From Welwitschia mirabilis (Eukaryota): a stretch of DNA of 64,000 nucleotides. Of this stretch, positions 14,161 to 26,668 are shown one piece after another. The notes beneath the pieces were generated by a model. The model saw nothing but the letters and a program-made list of their open reading frames with translations, ran no database searches and was not told the DNA's origin. The translations under genes and the position numbers were made by a program. Positions within the stretch are counted from its first letter, which is position 1. Each line of letters opens with the position of its first letter. The stretch lies in assembly GCA_051453625.1 (NCBI GenBank), contig JBOZIK010000001.1, positions 10,484,550 to 10,548,549 of the forward strand, in the 5' to 3' direction.

Positions 14161-15215
14161 TTATTAATTTTTTAAAAAAATGAATGCAAAAAAATTGTAT
14201 ATGAAATAAGTAGTTTTCACTTGATCATACTTCATTCTTCATTTGTGCTTTGATTTTTACTTGACCACATCATTCTTCATTTGTATGTTACTTTTCATTT
14301 TTATTTCTCCTTTTCTTGACTACACCTCATTTCTTTATTCACTCATCCTTTGTTTTACTCAAGTACAAATCACAAAAGGATTTTCACTTAGTAAGTAGTA
14401 AAAGATCCAACTAGTCTTAAAGTTTTAGGTTTCATTATTGTTAGGGTTAGAAGTGAGTGTTTTGCATGTAGTTTCTATAAAAGGGTAAGAGATAAAGGAG
14501 AAAGGGTATAAAGAAGTAGTTAGATAATACAAGCATGTATAGCTAATTTAAAAACCCTCTACACTGCATTTCAAGATGATAAACACCTCCTAAAATATTT
14601 CATTCATAATATAAAGTTTTGTATGTGAGGTATCTATTATTTTATACTTCTTTCTTATTTCTTGAAAGATTTAAATTTCTTTTTTTTTCTTTCAATGCAT
14701 TCACATGCTTTTTAAGATTTAGAATGTTTAGAAGTCCTTTTATTTTTGAACGCATGTAACTTCTTCTTTTGGTTCTGCTCATTAATAGACATAATAAGGT
14801 GGTCTAATAGATAAGGAATATGAAATAAATAATTTTTACTAATTTAAAACTCTGTATTGTAACTATAGAGTTTCATTTAAGTAAAATGAAAGTGCTAATG
14901 CATTTATTAATTACACATGATTTTTTATATGACACTTTTAAATCATTTATTAATTGCCTCATAGATCTACTTTTTTCTGTAAGAATTAAGAGTCCTTATG
15001 GTTTTTGATGATTGTTAATTTCGTCATTTGTAATTAATAATCATAACTATGGCTTTTTAAGTTATTCTCTCTCATGTTTTGAGTTTAAGTTTAAAGATTT
15101 ATTCTGTTATTTTTCTATGCGATGGTCATTATTTTTTCTATTTTAATGTTCTATTATTATTCCAATATCACTTTTAAGTCCACAATGTGTAATTTAAACA
15201 CTATTAGTTTGGATC

Positions 15216-15463
15216 AATTTCCATCTCATTTTCTTTCTTGTTATTTTATACCCTACTATCATCTTGTCTATCTAGTTATAATTAGCTATTGTTATTAATT
15301 GTCCACTTCACTTTATCCATGAATTATGGGTGGGAAGATTAATTTCCATCTTATTTTCTTTCTTATTATTTTATACCCTACTATCATCTTATCTATCTAG
15401 TTATAATTAGCTATTGTTATTAATTATCCACTTTACTTTATCCATGGATTATGGGTGGGAAGA
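15216..15463. repeat. 125-bp tandem duplication
   Basis: AATTTCCATCTCATTTTC...GGGTGGGAAGAT at 15216 and 15341, differing by a few transitions, with no gap between the copies. Confidence 0.9.
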
Positions 15464-18109
15464 TGCTTGATTTTGAAGATTAGTTCATCTTGTTTTATTT
15501 TTAGTTTTTTCTTTTTTTCCAATACAAGATGAGTGACGATTCCCTAGTGCTAGGTAGTTAGACTTAACTTGATTTAGGATCATCATTGTTCATTTATTTA
15601 ATCAATAACTTGATGGATTTTAAGTTAATAAATTTTATTAGCATTATCCTCCATCTCTTTAATTAAGATAGAGTCCTATTTGATTAGGTGTTAAACATTT
15701 GAATAGCTAATGAATGTGGGATTTCTTCAAAAGAATTTTTCTTCTCTTCTTTAAGGCTACTAGAGCTTTTAATTTGGATATTTTCTATAGCATTATTAAG
15801 CATGTTCAAGATATTTTCTCTACACATGATTCTTTTCTCTAAGGATGTAATTAGAAATTAGTGCTTTTGGGCATAGTTTTCTCTTATCACATAAACTCTT
15901 TTGGTTACGTTTTATCTTGGTAAGAGCATTCAATTGTAAAGACTAAAGATTTTTTTTTGAATTAAAAATAAAAAAATAAATCATTATCTTGATTGATTAA
16001 TCTTTCTAAGGGAATTACAAGATAAATTATTTCATCCTTCTAAAAGTAGAGTTGTACATGCTAAACCGCAATAATTACATTTTTTTGCTAATTCTATTTT
16101 TAACTTTTCTTATATTACATTCTATTTAGAGAACTTAAAATTTTAATTTGTTAAATTAGTCATAACAGTTATTCAAATTTATTAAAATCCCATTTAACCA
16201 ACTTCTAGAATTTCACTCATCTTAAAAGAATGACATCATCTTATGAGTGAGATTTATACTCATAGCCTATGATTTGTTAATACTCAACATGATAAACATA
16301 AAATGAAGGATCTATTACAACATTATGTAATTCCCATAGAGACAAAAATTTATTAACTATAAATAAAAATATTCTATAATCCCATTGTGTGCTCTTATGC
16401 TTAGCTGTTTAAACCTACAAAAGATGCTTATCCTAAGATTATAACTTTTGGAATTTATTTCCTAGTTAATATCTATCTTTACATTTACTCTTATAATGTC
16501 ATTGAATATATCTTATCCTTATATTTTATGATAAAGATATTAAATTTGACCCCATTATGCTTAAGAATTTGTGCTTAGTTTGGATACTACAATTTACCCT
16601 TGCAATTACTTAATCTTGCATGCACTTATCAAGGATTTTTCTAAAAGCCCTTTAGTTCTCTTGATTTCTTTGTAGTGCAATAACTTTTCTTACTTGATAT
16701 TAATATATGTTATTATTCAATAAAATCATACCAACTGAAGTAATAAGTATATCCTCTCACGCCCATCCATGTGATGCCTATGGATCCCTTCGAAAATTCT
16801 ATGTGATAATATGAAGGCCACATTTTTTTTATAATGTGTTAACATTATGCTACTTATGCATAAATCATCTTAATGTTTTCTTTTCTTTGATAGTTTAATT
16901 ATTATTAAATTGATGCATGTTTAATATGTTACAGTATAACATGTGAAAAATGACATCTTATTAAATATCAAATGGTATATAATGTTACAAATCTTTAAAT
17001 TAATAAGATAAATAATTATTAAAGAAGGGAATTATTTGTGGTTGCAATTATGAATTCTTCTGAATATTAGTAATTGTCCATACTTATCTTTTTCAGTTTA
17101 TCCTTATTACTCTTTTGTATAACAATTATAGATAGATACTACAATGGTTTATGTATCTATAATTATTTGAGTTATATATGTTAACTATTTCTATTAGTTT
17201 TATAACTAACTTATGTTACTCCCCATAAAGAGACATGCATTCATAGGCTTTACTATTAAATTATTTCATTTATAACTTATGTTTTTAGAGTAATGTCTTA
17301 TCCCTATACTTATATATGTGTTGTGTCACAAATTTTAATTTTCTAACATCCCTTTTAAACTTTGTTTCATCTTTTAGATTTAAAGTCAAGTTTAGTCAAG
17401 TTTTAAAGATTTTAAAATTGCATTTAAAAAGTTATATAATGAAACCATTAGCTACTTGGTCATCAGTACTTATTTATAAGAGTGATGAAAACATTTATTG
17501 TGAACATTTATTGCAGGACTGGATTTAGTCATCCTGCTTGATTTTCTAAGATTAAGAAACATGAAAGAGATTAATCCATCAAACCACATGATTTGTTGTT
17601 TACACAAACTTTACTCCAATTCTTTGAAGCATGATTTGCAAAAATATATCATTTTATTTTTTCTCCATATCATGGACATTATTAAATGTTATAATTCTAA
17701 TCAAAACAATCAATGGAACCTTAATGGTACTAAACTAGATTTGAGACTTTGATGGGAGTATTAAAATAAGTTGCTGGTAATCATAGACTAAGGGTTGTCA
17801 TATTTGTAATGTTTATGTTTGTCAGAGTTTAGATATGTTAAAAAGAAAGGGCATCTTAATGGTTTCTTTTGAAATATAGGGTAAAAATATGATTTACATT
17901 AGCACAAAGGGATTTGAGATACTAATTGAAAACAATTTTGTGTAAAATAGAAAAGTGCATGTAAATTTCATTCAACATATGTAAACATTATAAACTAAAA
18001 TTACTCACCAAGAGCATACATCTAAAACCATATGAAAAACATTCAATAATAAACAACTAATTCTCCTCCTTTTGACATCAATAACAAAGGAGGGAATACA
18101 AACACAAAA

Positions 18110-18523
18110 TAAAACATAATTTAAAATTTCTAATTAGACTTCTCCTCCTCTTCTTCTTCTTCTTCTTATTTTTCTTTAGATTCTTCCTCTGAATCTTCTT
18201 TATCAACTCCTATGTGTGCTAAGGTGATGGCCTCTGTTGAGTATTAGCAATATCATAACTAGCTGTTATGAGTGCTTCCTTCATGTTTCTGGTACAAGAA
18301 TCAATCTGTCTTATATATGAAAGGGTCACATTAAGAGAGGATTTCTTTGGAAAGGAAGACCTTGAGAATTTCTTAGATGGAACAAAGATGTGCATATGGG
18401 ATAAGGTTTCATACCCAATGGGTTCCATAGGCTGGAGGGTTTATAATTTCAGATGAAAGATAATACAAAAGTGATATCACAAACTTATGATAAGTACAGA
18501 GTAGGGTGACACCTTAGTCCTAT
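18110..18523 (-). pseudogene. C-terminal part of the Sirevirus env-like ORF
   Basis: KVSPYSVLIISL (LPY-x-LI-like motif), EPIGYETLSHMHI and an acidic poly-E tail encoded by (TTC)n. It lies immediately before the PPT motifs. Confidence 0.65.
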
Positions 18524-19049
18524 TGTCACGTCCACATTTTTGCTTTCTAGTAAAATTTGCAGTTTATGCTTAATGAAGTATTTGAAAAATATTGAATTAC
18601 TTGAAACCCTAATTATGGTAATTGCTATGTTCTTGAAATGCTATATTATTGAATTGCGATATGAATACCATTTTATGTAAATGTTTATACCCAATCTTTA
18701 TATGCTGTTTGGTGGAATGATATATTTTATTTACTTACGCAGTTGAAAGTAAATGCTGAATTAAATGTTTATTATGGAGACATGTTATTTATTACTTTTT
18801 CTCATTATTAAATATGGAGCATTATCTTGATTATATTATTNNNNNNNNNNNNNNNNNNNNNNNNNNNNNNNNNNNNNNNNNNNNNNNNNNNNNNNNNNNN
18901 NNNNNNNNNNNNNNNNNNNNNNNNNNNNNNNNNNNNNNNNATTTGTTTTTTTTTTCTCATTATTAAATGTAAAGCATTACCTTGATTTTATTATTAAAAG
19001 CACCCGGTGGCCAGACAATCATGTAACTCCTTTCTTAATCACCCTCATT

Positions 19050-19215
19050 CACGATATTTTATCTTCATATCCAAAGAATCTTTGCAAACTTTTATTTGTC
19101 TTTATATGCAAGGAAACTTTGCCAACTTTTGTTTATCTTCATATGTGAGGAATCTTTGCCAACTTTCATTTGTCTTCATATGTAAGGAATCTTTGTCAAA
19201 TTTTGTTTGTCCTTA
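19050..19215. repeat. About 32-bp degenerate tandem repeat, about 5 copies, upstream of the LTR TATA
   Basis: Consensus approximately TTTGTCTTCATATGTAAGGAATCTTTGCCAACTT. Confidence 0.8.
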
Positions 19216-19647
19216 TATTTTTATGACTCTTCACATTCCACTAAATCTCAATTATAAATAGACTCTCCTCCTCCTTTTGCCTCACTTTCATTTTTGAAGA
19301 ATCTTTGATACTGAGTCTTGGAGCCGGAAAAGCCTTGAAGACTAGCAAAGATCTTGAGTTCTTCTTGAAAATTGGTATGGATCCTTACCTGCATTCTTCC
19401 TTAATGATCCTTTCTTATGATTCTATACTATTGTATTTTCTTGATGATCCTTGCTTATGGATTTGTTTATCGAAGTTGATGTATATTTATATTCCTGTAC
19501 GTCGAACATTAAATCATGTGATGCTTGAACCCTATTGTATTGACTTGTCATCTTGTGGTTAAAATCTATGGTTAAGATATTATGTTATGGTGAAAACTAT
19601 CTTAGTTTCGTAATATCATCTTATTGGATCTATGGTTATGGATTTTC

Positions 19648-20465
19648 CACAGATCGCCAAACAAGGCAGTGGACTTCACAAATCATAAATGAGGTATTGA
19701 AGAGATAATCCCACAGATCGCTGAATGAGGCAGTGGGGATATTATATTATCACATATCACCAAATGAAGCAGTGGGCTTTACAGATCACCAAATGAGGTA
19801 GTGAANNNNNNNNNNNNNNNNNNNNNNNNNNNNNNNNNNNNNNNNNNNNNNNNNNNNNNNNNNNNNNNNNNNNNNNNNNNNNNNNNNNNNNNNNNNNNNN
19901 NNNNNTTATTGATTTGTTTATCGAAATTGATGTATATTTATATTCCTGTATGTCGAACATTAAATCATGTAATGCTTGAATGAGATAAACTATGTGCTAA
20001 TATGTATCTCATCTTCATTATCCTTTTTCTTGATATCTTGAGGTTATCTTTTTTTAGTATGAGATAAAAATTTGTGATTGATTCCTATTGTATTGACTTG
20101 TCGTCTTGTGGTTGAAATCTATGGTTGAGATATTATGTTGTGGTGAAAACTATCTTAGTTTCGTAATATCATCTTATTGGACCTATGGTTATGGATTTTC
20201 CACAAATCACCAAACAAGGCAGTAGGGATATTATATTACCACATATCACCAAATGAAGCAGTGGGCTTTATAGATCACCGAATGAGGTAGTGAAGTTAAT
20301 GATGATTGAGATTTTATATATACATATGAGTATCACAGATCGCCGAATGAGGTAATGGGCTTCACAGATCGCCAAATGAGGCAGTGAAGTTAAATATTAT
20401 ATGAGAACCACAGATCACTAAATGAGGCAATGGGCTTCACAGATCGTCGAACGAGGCAATGAAGT
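19648..20465. repeat. Array of a 24-bp motif CACAGATCGCCAAATGAGGCAGTG with variable spacers (two gap-separated versions)
   Basis: Five units at 19648-19803 and seven units at 20201-20461. Confidence 0.9.
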
Positions 20466-22859
20466 GAATGATGTTTATATATATTATATTGATATTCTCA
20501 TTCATAACCATGAGTTCATTNNNNNNNNNNTGTCTTAATCCTTGAAGTATCTTGCTAAAACACCTATTCTTACTTGGGCTATACTAGGGGATGTGGAATT
20601 TTCATAGTTCTCATTCCATATCTTTTTGTAACAGGTGGTAAATCTGGAGTCTAATTGCTGAGATAGGCATAAGTCTATAAAGGATCATTGGATCCATGTT
20701 GGTGGAGAAATCATTTGATTAATTGTATCTCTCTGACTATTTGGAGTTTAAATGGTGAATGGGCATAATAATGTGGAGGATCATTGGCTATACACTGGTG
20801 AAAAATCTTCTGAATAAATTATGATCCTTGTTGACTCATTTACTTGGAGCTATGCACCCANNNNNNNNNNNNNNNNNNNNNNNNNNNNNNNNNNNNNNNN
20901 NNNNNNNNNNNNNNNNNNNNNNNNNNNNNNNNNNNNNNNNNNNNNNNNNNNNNNNNNNNNGAATCCAGGTTGGTGGAGAAATCATTTAATTAATTGTATC
21001 TCTCTGACTATTTGGAGTTTAAATGGTGAATGGGCATAATAATGTAGAGGATCATTGGCTATACATTAGTGAAAAATTTTTTGAATAAATTATGATCCTT
21101 GTTGACTCATTTACTTGGAGCTATGCACCCAAATTTCATATGTATTCAATATGCTTTTGTTAATTGTCATGAGAGATAAACTCCTTGTATGTGTACACTT
21201 TGCAATATATGAAGTTTTCTCTAAAATTTTATGATATATTAAATGATGAATACCTTTCTTGAAATCTCTAGCAATAAATTTGATTATTCAAGATCATATT
21301 TTCAACTATTAATTGATGAAATTTCATTAAAAACTTAAATCTTAAAGTCATGTATTTACTCCCAATCCATGGAATGTTAACTTGAAGATGTGAATTTGAA
21401 ATTNNNNNNNNNNNNNNNNNNNNNNNNNNNNNNNNNNNNNNNNNNNNNNNNNNNNNNNNNNNNNNNNNNNNNNNNNNNNNNNNNNNNNNNNNNNNNNNNN
21501 NNNTATGCTTTTGTTAATTGTCATGAGAGATAAACTCCTTGTATGTGTACACTTTACAATATATGAAGTTTTCTCTAAAATTTTATGATATATTAAATGA
21601 TGAATACTTTTCTTGAAATCTCTAGCAATAAATTTGATTATTCAAGATTATATTTTCAACTATTAATTGATGAAATTTCATGAAAAACTTAAATCTTAAA
21701 GTTATGTATTTACTCCCAATCCATGGAATGTTAACTTGAAGATGTGAATTTGAAATGCTTGGGGTAGATATGATTTGAACATTGTATTGTATCTAAAGAA
21801 ATTTTCTTAAAATTCTATAGTCTTTTGTTATGGAAGGATATATCTTGGATATAATGTTTACTTATTTTAATATGATGACACGTAAAAAAGACTTNNNNNN
21901 NNNNNNNNNNNNNNNNNNNNNNNNNNNNNNNNNNNNNNNNNNNNNNNNNNNNNNNNNNNNNNNNNNNNNNNNNNNNNNNNNNNNNNNNNNNNNNNNNNNN
22001 NNNNNNNNNNNNNNNNNNNNNNNNNNNNNNNNNNNNNNNNNNNNNNNNNNNNNNNNNNNNNNNNNNNNNNNNNNNNNNNNNNNNNNNNNNNNNNNNNNNN
22101 NNNNNNNNNNNNNNNNNNNNNNNNNNNNNNNNNNNNNNNNNNNNNNNNNNNNNNNNNNNNNNNNNNNNNNNNNNNNNNNNNNNNNNNNNNNNNNNNNNNN
22201 NNNNNNNNNNNNNNNNNNNNNNNNNNNNNNNNNNNNNNNNNNNNNNNNNNNNNNNNNNNNNNNNNNNNNNNNNNNNNNNNNNNNNNNNNNNNNNNNNNNN
22301 NNNNNNNNNNNNNNNNNNNNNNNNNNNNNNNNNNNNNNNNNNNNNNNNNNNNNNNNNNNNNNNNNNNNNNNNNNNNNNNNNNNNNNNNNNNNNNNNNNNT
22401 GATTTGAACATTGTGTTGCATCTAAAGAAATTTTCTTAAAATTCTAAAGTCTTTTGTTATGGAAGGATATATCTGGGATATAATGTTTACTTATTTTAAT
22501 ATTATTCTTTAAAAATAGACATGTGATTTCTCTCTCCTCCAGAAAAAATTACAACCCATTTCAACTAAGCTTAAAGTAGTCTTTAATTAATTATTTAATT
22601 ATATTAAGGTAAAAAAAGTAAAGGGTGATGTTAATTATTTTAGTACTAAAAATAATAATGATAAATTTATTTGGAAATGTTTAAGTNNNNNNNNNNNNNN
22701 NNNNNNNNNNNNNNNNNNNNNNNNNNNNNNNNNNNNNNNNNNNNNNNNNNNNNNNNNNNNNNNNNNNNNNNNNNNNNNNNNNNNNNTTAATTATTTTAGT
22801 ACTAAAAATAATAATGATAAATTTATTTGGAAATGTTTAAGTTAGGGGTGTTTCTACCC

Positions 22860-24485
22860 AAGAAATATATAAATATCATCTTAATAATCTTAATGAGGGA
22901 ATTAGTAATTGATTAAAAATTTCGTCAAATTATTATGGAGGGTGTGTTAAAATTATAATTACCGGTTCAGTAATTAGCGAGATTCAAACTGATGATCATT
23001 CCTTTTGTAAAGATTGTCCCCATCCATTACGCCAGGAAATGTCTGTTGGGTTGTTTCTCCTTTGCTATTATTGTTATGATTTCTTTTGGTCAACGTCCTT
23101 CAAAACGCAGTGGATTAAGACGCGTGAAAGTATTAGCAGGATTCGATAACGCAAAAAAAGAAGGGGCGTTATGTAAATCAAGCGTTCATTTCATTCTCTT
23201 TCTCAGCTTACCCTTCTCCCAAGTGTTACATTCATAACAAAACCTGCAACGCTAGCTTTAGATAGATATTTCTAGAGGATAAGAAGTGTTATGAATGAGA
23301 AGCATTTTTTAAGGTAGTTAAAGAGGCAAACTCAAAGTGAGGGTTTGAATAGTGTACAGCGCCTCAATATTTTATCTATCGGCAGATGAATCACTGAAGT
23401 GTTAGAATCCATGGCTAATTCCAATGTACAGCCTTAGTAATAGATACGCAACGCTTCCTCAGATCTTAAGCAATGCTTATGTGTCTTAATTTTTCCCTTG
23501 ATCTTTTCAGCAACGCCTTAGCATTTCTTCCTCCTCCATGTTATCACTATTTTTATGCCCCATTTTAATCACTATTTTTTCTCTGCTCCCCTCATTCGCA
23601 CTCTTACTCTTTTCTCCCTTCTGTCCCAAGCACGTTGGTTCTATTGATGCATCGTTCTTTGTGGAATGAATGCAAATTTTGGTATATTGATATAGATCAT
23701 TTTTAGTATTGCAAAAAAATATTTACATATAAACCTTAGTGCAGTTGGTGTCTGGAATCATTAGGAAATAGTTAGCCCTAGGTTCTAATTTCTAGTGGAG
23801 GCATAATTGTCATTGATTTTGTAATATAGAATTAAAATAAATTATGTCCTTAAACATTATCTTAATTAATTACGATTTTACAATTATAACTTCATACTAC
23901 ATGAACCCCTCATTATTTTATGATTTAAATTATTGCAACAAAAATATGTATTGATCTCTAAGGATTTAGAGATCAAAGGATAGAGTATTCTTGGTACCCT
24001 TCATTTTCTTCCCCATCAAAGTTAGTTAAGTCTTCAATTGCAAAATGACATTCTTCTGATAGATAAAACTTAAACTCTAGACTCCTATGAACTTAATCCT
24101 TTATAAAACTTAAAATTATCTTTAAAACCTCCTTATAGTGCAACTTAGTGAATATCACCCCCAGAAATAACTTTTGTAACTTGACTAATCATGTATTTAG
24201 ATTTACGCATTAAGATTTATATTTATACCTATAAGTCTTATACCTTTAAGGAATACTATTATTGATAAGATCTAGGAAAAGCAAAAATCTAAATTTTAGT
24301 TAGATGTTAGGGTACCCTTCACTAAGTGAAGTCCCTTTTTAATAGAAACGTTTCCAAAATTATTAAGAGTTATATGGTTTCAAGTTGATATAAAATTTTA
24401 ACCTCATGTTTTGGTATCATAGCACTAAAGTTTGTGTATATTTTTTAATGCTGGAACTTTTAGTCATTTCACCTATGATACTCCA
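22860..24485 (+). mobile_element. Probable LTR ending near 24406 with a tRNA-Met PBS, truncated about 60 bp later
   Basis: TGGTATCATAGC at 24412-24423 (one mismatch to TGGTATCAGAGC) follows ...ACCTCA. The 5' boundary is unclear. Confidence 0.45.
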
Positions 24486-24486
24486 A

Positions 24487-25098
24487 CTATAAGATCATAT
24501 TCTTCAGTATTATGGTAGAAGCATTAATAGAATGCTCAGTCCCTACCAAATACATCAGATACAATCTATAACAAGAAGCCTCATCATGATGTCTAGCTAA
24601 AGGTAAGAAATTATAAGTAAAAATTAAGTAAAGAAAGTGGTATTTTGGTGTCAATAAAGAGGTAGAAAGAGTGTGCTTCCAAGAATACACCTTACCACAA
24701 ATCTTCGTGGTAACAATAGGCTTGTCTTCTATAATGTCTCATAGAGGACAAAACTCTTCATAGTTACATTTAGAAATATTAGTTAACTCAAAAATAAGAT
24801 TTTCTATTACTCTTAGCTACTTCTCCAAATTAAGGGTTTCAAGGGTTCTAGAGTTATGATCATAAAAAGCATTATAGTAAAACATGTGAGTAAGGAATGA
24901 ATAGGTAGAACTAGAAACATCTAAAAATTAATCAAGATCATGATTTTTTAGGTGTTGAATGACTTTGCTGAGTTCTCTAAGCTCTGAGATAGCTCTGAGA
25001 ACTTGTCAATGTCTTCCTTAGATATCCCTTGGTAGAAAATAGCAGGATCCCTTGAAGGAGCTTCCTTACCTCTCCTCCTAGATGAGCTTTCAGCCATT
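24487..25098 (-). pseudogene. N-terminal and core part of the Sirevirus env-like ORF (plant transposon PF20167-like motifs)
   Basis: MAESSSRRRGKEAP..., then LTHMFYYNA in a shifted frame, then LLTPKYHFLYLIFTYNFLPLARHHDEASCYRLYLMYLVGTEHSINASTIILKNM. Confidence 0.7.
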
Positions 25099-25553
25099 TT
25101 GAAAACTTTAAAGTTAAGAAAATTGAGAAAAGGCACTATATCTAAGAGTAAAGATCTGAATCTTAAAGAAAAAGCTCTAGATCTAAGAGATGGAAAAAGC
25201 TAGAACACAAGAAAATTGATTTAGAATCCTCTTTTTTTAACAAAATACGTGAAATAAAGTGAAATGAAGAAAGAAATTGGATCCACTAAAAGCAATTCTG
25301 CACTATGATCTATCAGGTCTGGTTAACTGCTTAAGATTTCAGTCAACCCATCGATACGCAGGTCTACAGTACTGAAAGGGATCTAAGTGACTAGCTTTTA
25401 GGTCGATCAACTGATCACATCTAATCAACTAAGTCATAGATCTGGTTGACCACTCTACAAGTAGCTAAAGGATGATGAGTGAATCCCTAATTCATTTTTA
25501 TGATTGATAAGTAAATTCTAGAAATGAAGTGTTACATCAAAGTTTTTTAGAAA

Positions 25554-26633
25554 TCATTTAGATTTATCAAAATTTAAGCTAACATTTCCTTTTAGTATGT
25601 CGTAGTTTGTATGTTTTAAAGGATCGATCAAATAAGTATCTATTCTATAGATATTATCTACTGGTTTTGTATTAAAGATAGCAACATTTGTTTTCTCATC
25701 TACAACTTCGCATTTTGATTTTCTAAAGATTACTTTATGACCTTTTTCAGACAATTGACTAATTCTTAATAAATTATGTTTTAAACCATTTACATAAAGT
25801 ACATCATCAAGTTTAGGTAACATACCTTCTTTGATGCATCATGTACCTCCTATCTTTACCTTTTCATTATTTTCAAAGATGACTTCTCCCCCATTAATAC
25901 TTCTTAGATGCTAAAATTTTGATCTTTCTCTAGACATATGCCTTGAGAATCTACTATCTAGATATCAACTATTTATACTTGATCCTTTAAGGGCTATCTA
26001 TGTTAGAAAACTTTTGAGATTGTTAGCTCAAACTCACTTAGTCTTGTTAGACGTAGGTGGTACACCTCTATTAAGAAGAAATTTAAATGGTAAAGCATTT
26101 GTAGAATCTAAGAAAAGAACTAATTGTCTAATTTTGTAAAAAAATATTTATATGACTAAATTTACTATAAAAGTTACATGAAAGTTTAGAAGCATACTTA
26201 CTTTTCCAGATTACCTGTTCTTATGACTTTTGTGAACTAAAGTCAATACCTGATCAATCTTTAGTAGGTTTCTGCACTCTAAGTATCTATTCCAATTTAG
26301 AAGAACCACCAGAAAATTTATCTATAAAAAAAGAAAGATCTTTTACCCAAGACATTAGACTGTTGTTGTCAAATTTTAGCACATTATATTTCATTTCTAT
26401 TTCCTCTTTTCTTTGGTGAGAGTCTTCACTACTTTATTCATATTGTTTATCCTCTTAGTTAGCTTTTCACATTCATCATACAACTCCTGATATGCATCTT
26501 CTAACTCATCCTTTTCTTCATTGATAATGTCCAAATCATTAGGCTCTGATGTGCTATGAACATCTTTGAGTAATGGCATAATAGCCATGAAAGACAACCT
26601 TCTATCTCCATCTAATTCTTGATTTGGGTAGAT

Positions 26634-26668
<35 letters not shown>

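Larger units (their letters stand above)
18524..22855 (+). mobile_element. Long Tekay/Del-like chromovirus LTR (probably solo; length inflated by haplotype duplications and gaps)
   Basis: Starts TGTCACGTCC. TATA (TATAAATAG) near 19253. Donor-like TG/GTATGG near 19374 and acceptor-like AACAG/GT near 20634, with internal tandem repeats between them. Ends near GGGGTGTTT at about 22853. Confidence 0.55.

Noticed and set aside
19648..20465. CRISPR-like repeat-spacer array
   Set aside because: The context is a plant LTR, the repeats are degenerate, the spacers are irregular and recurrent (GGCTT), and there are no cas genes.
22992..23237. 81-aa ORF as a host gene
   Set aside because: No recognisable motif, and it lies in a probable LTR between TE fragments.
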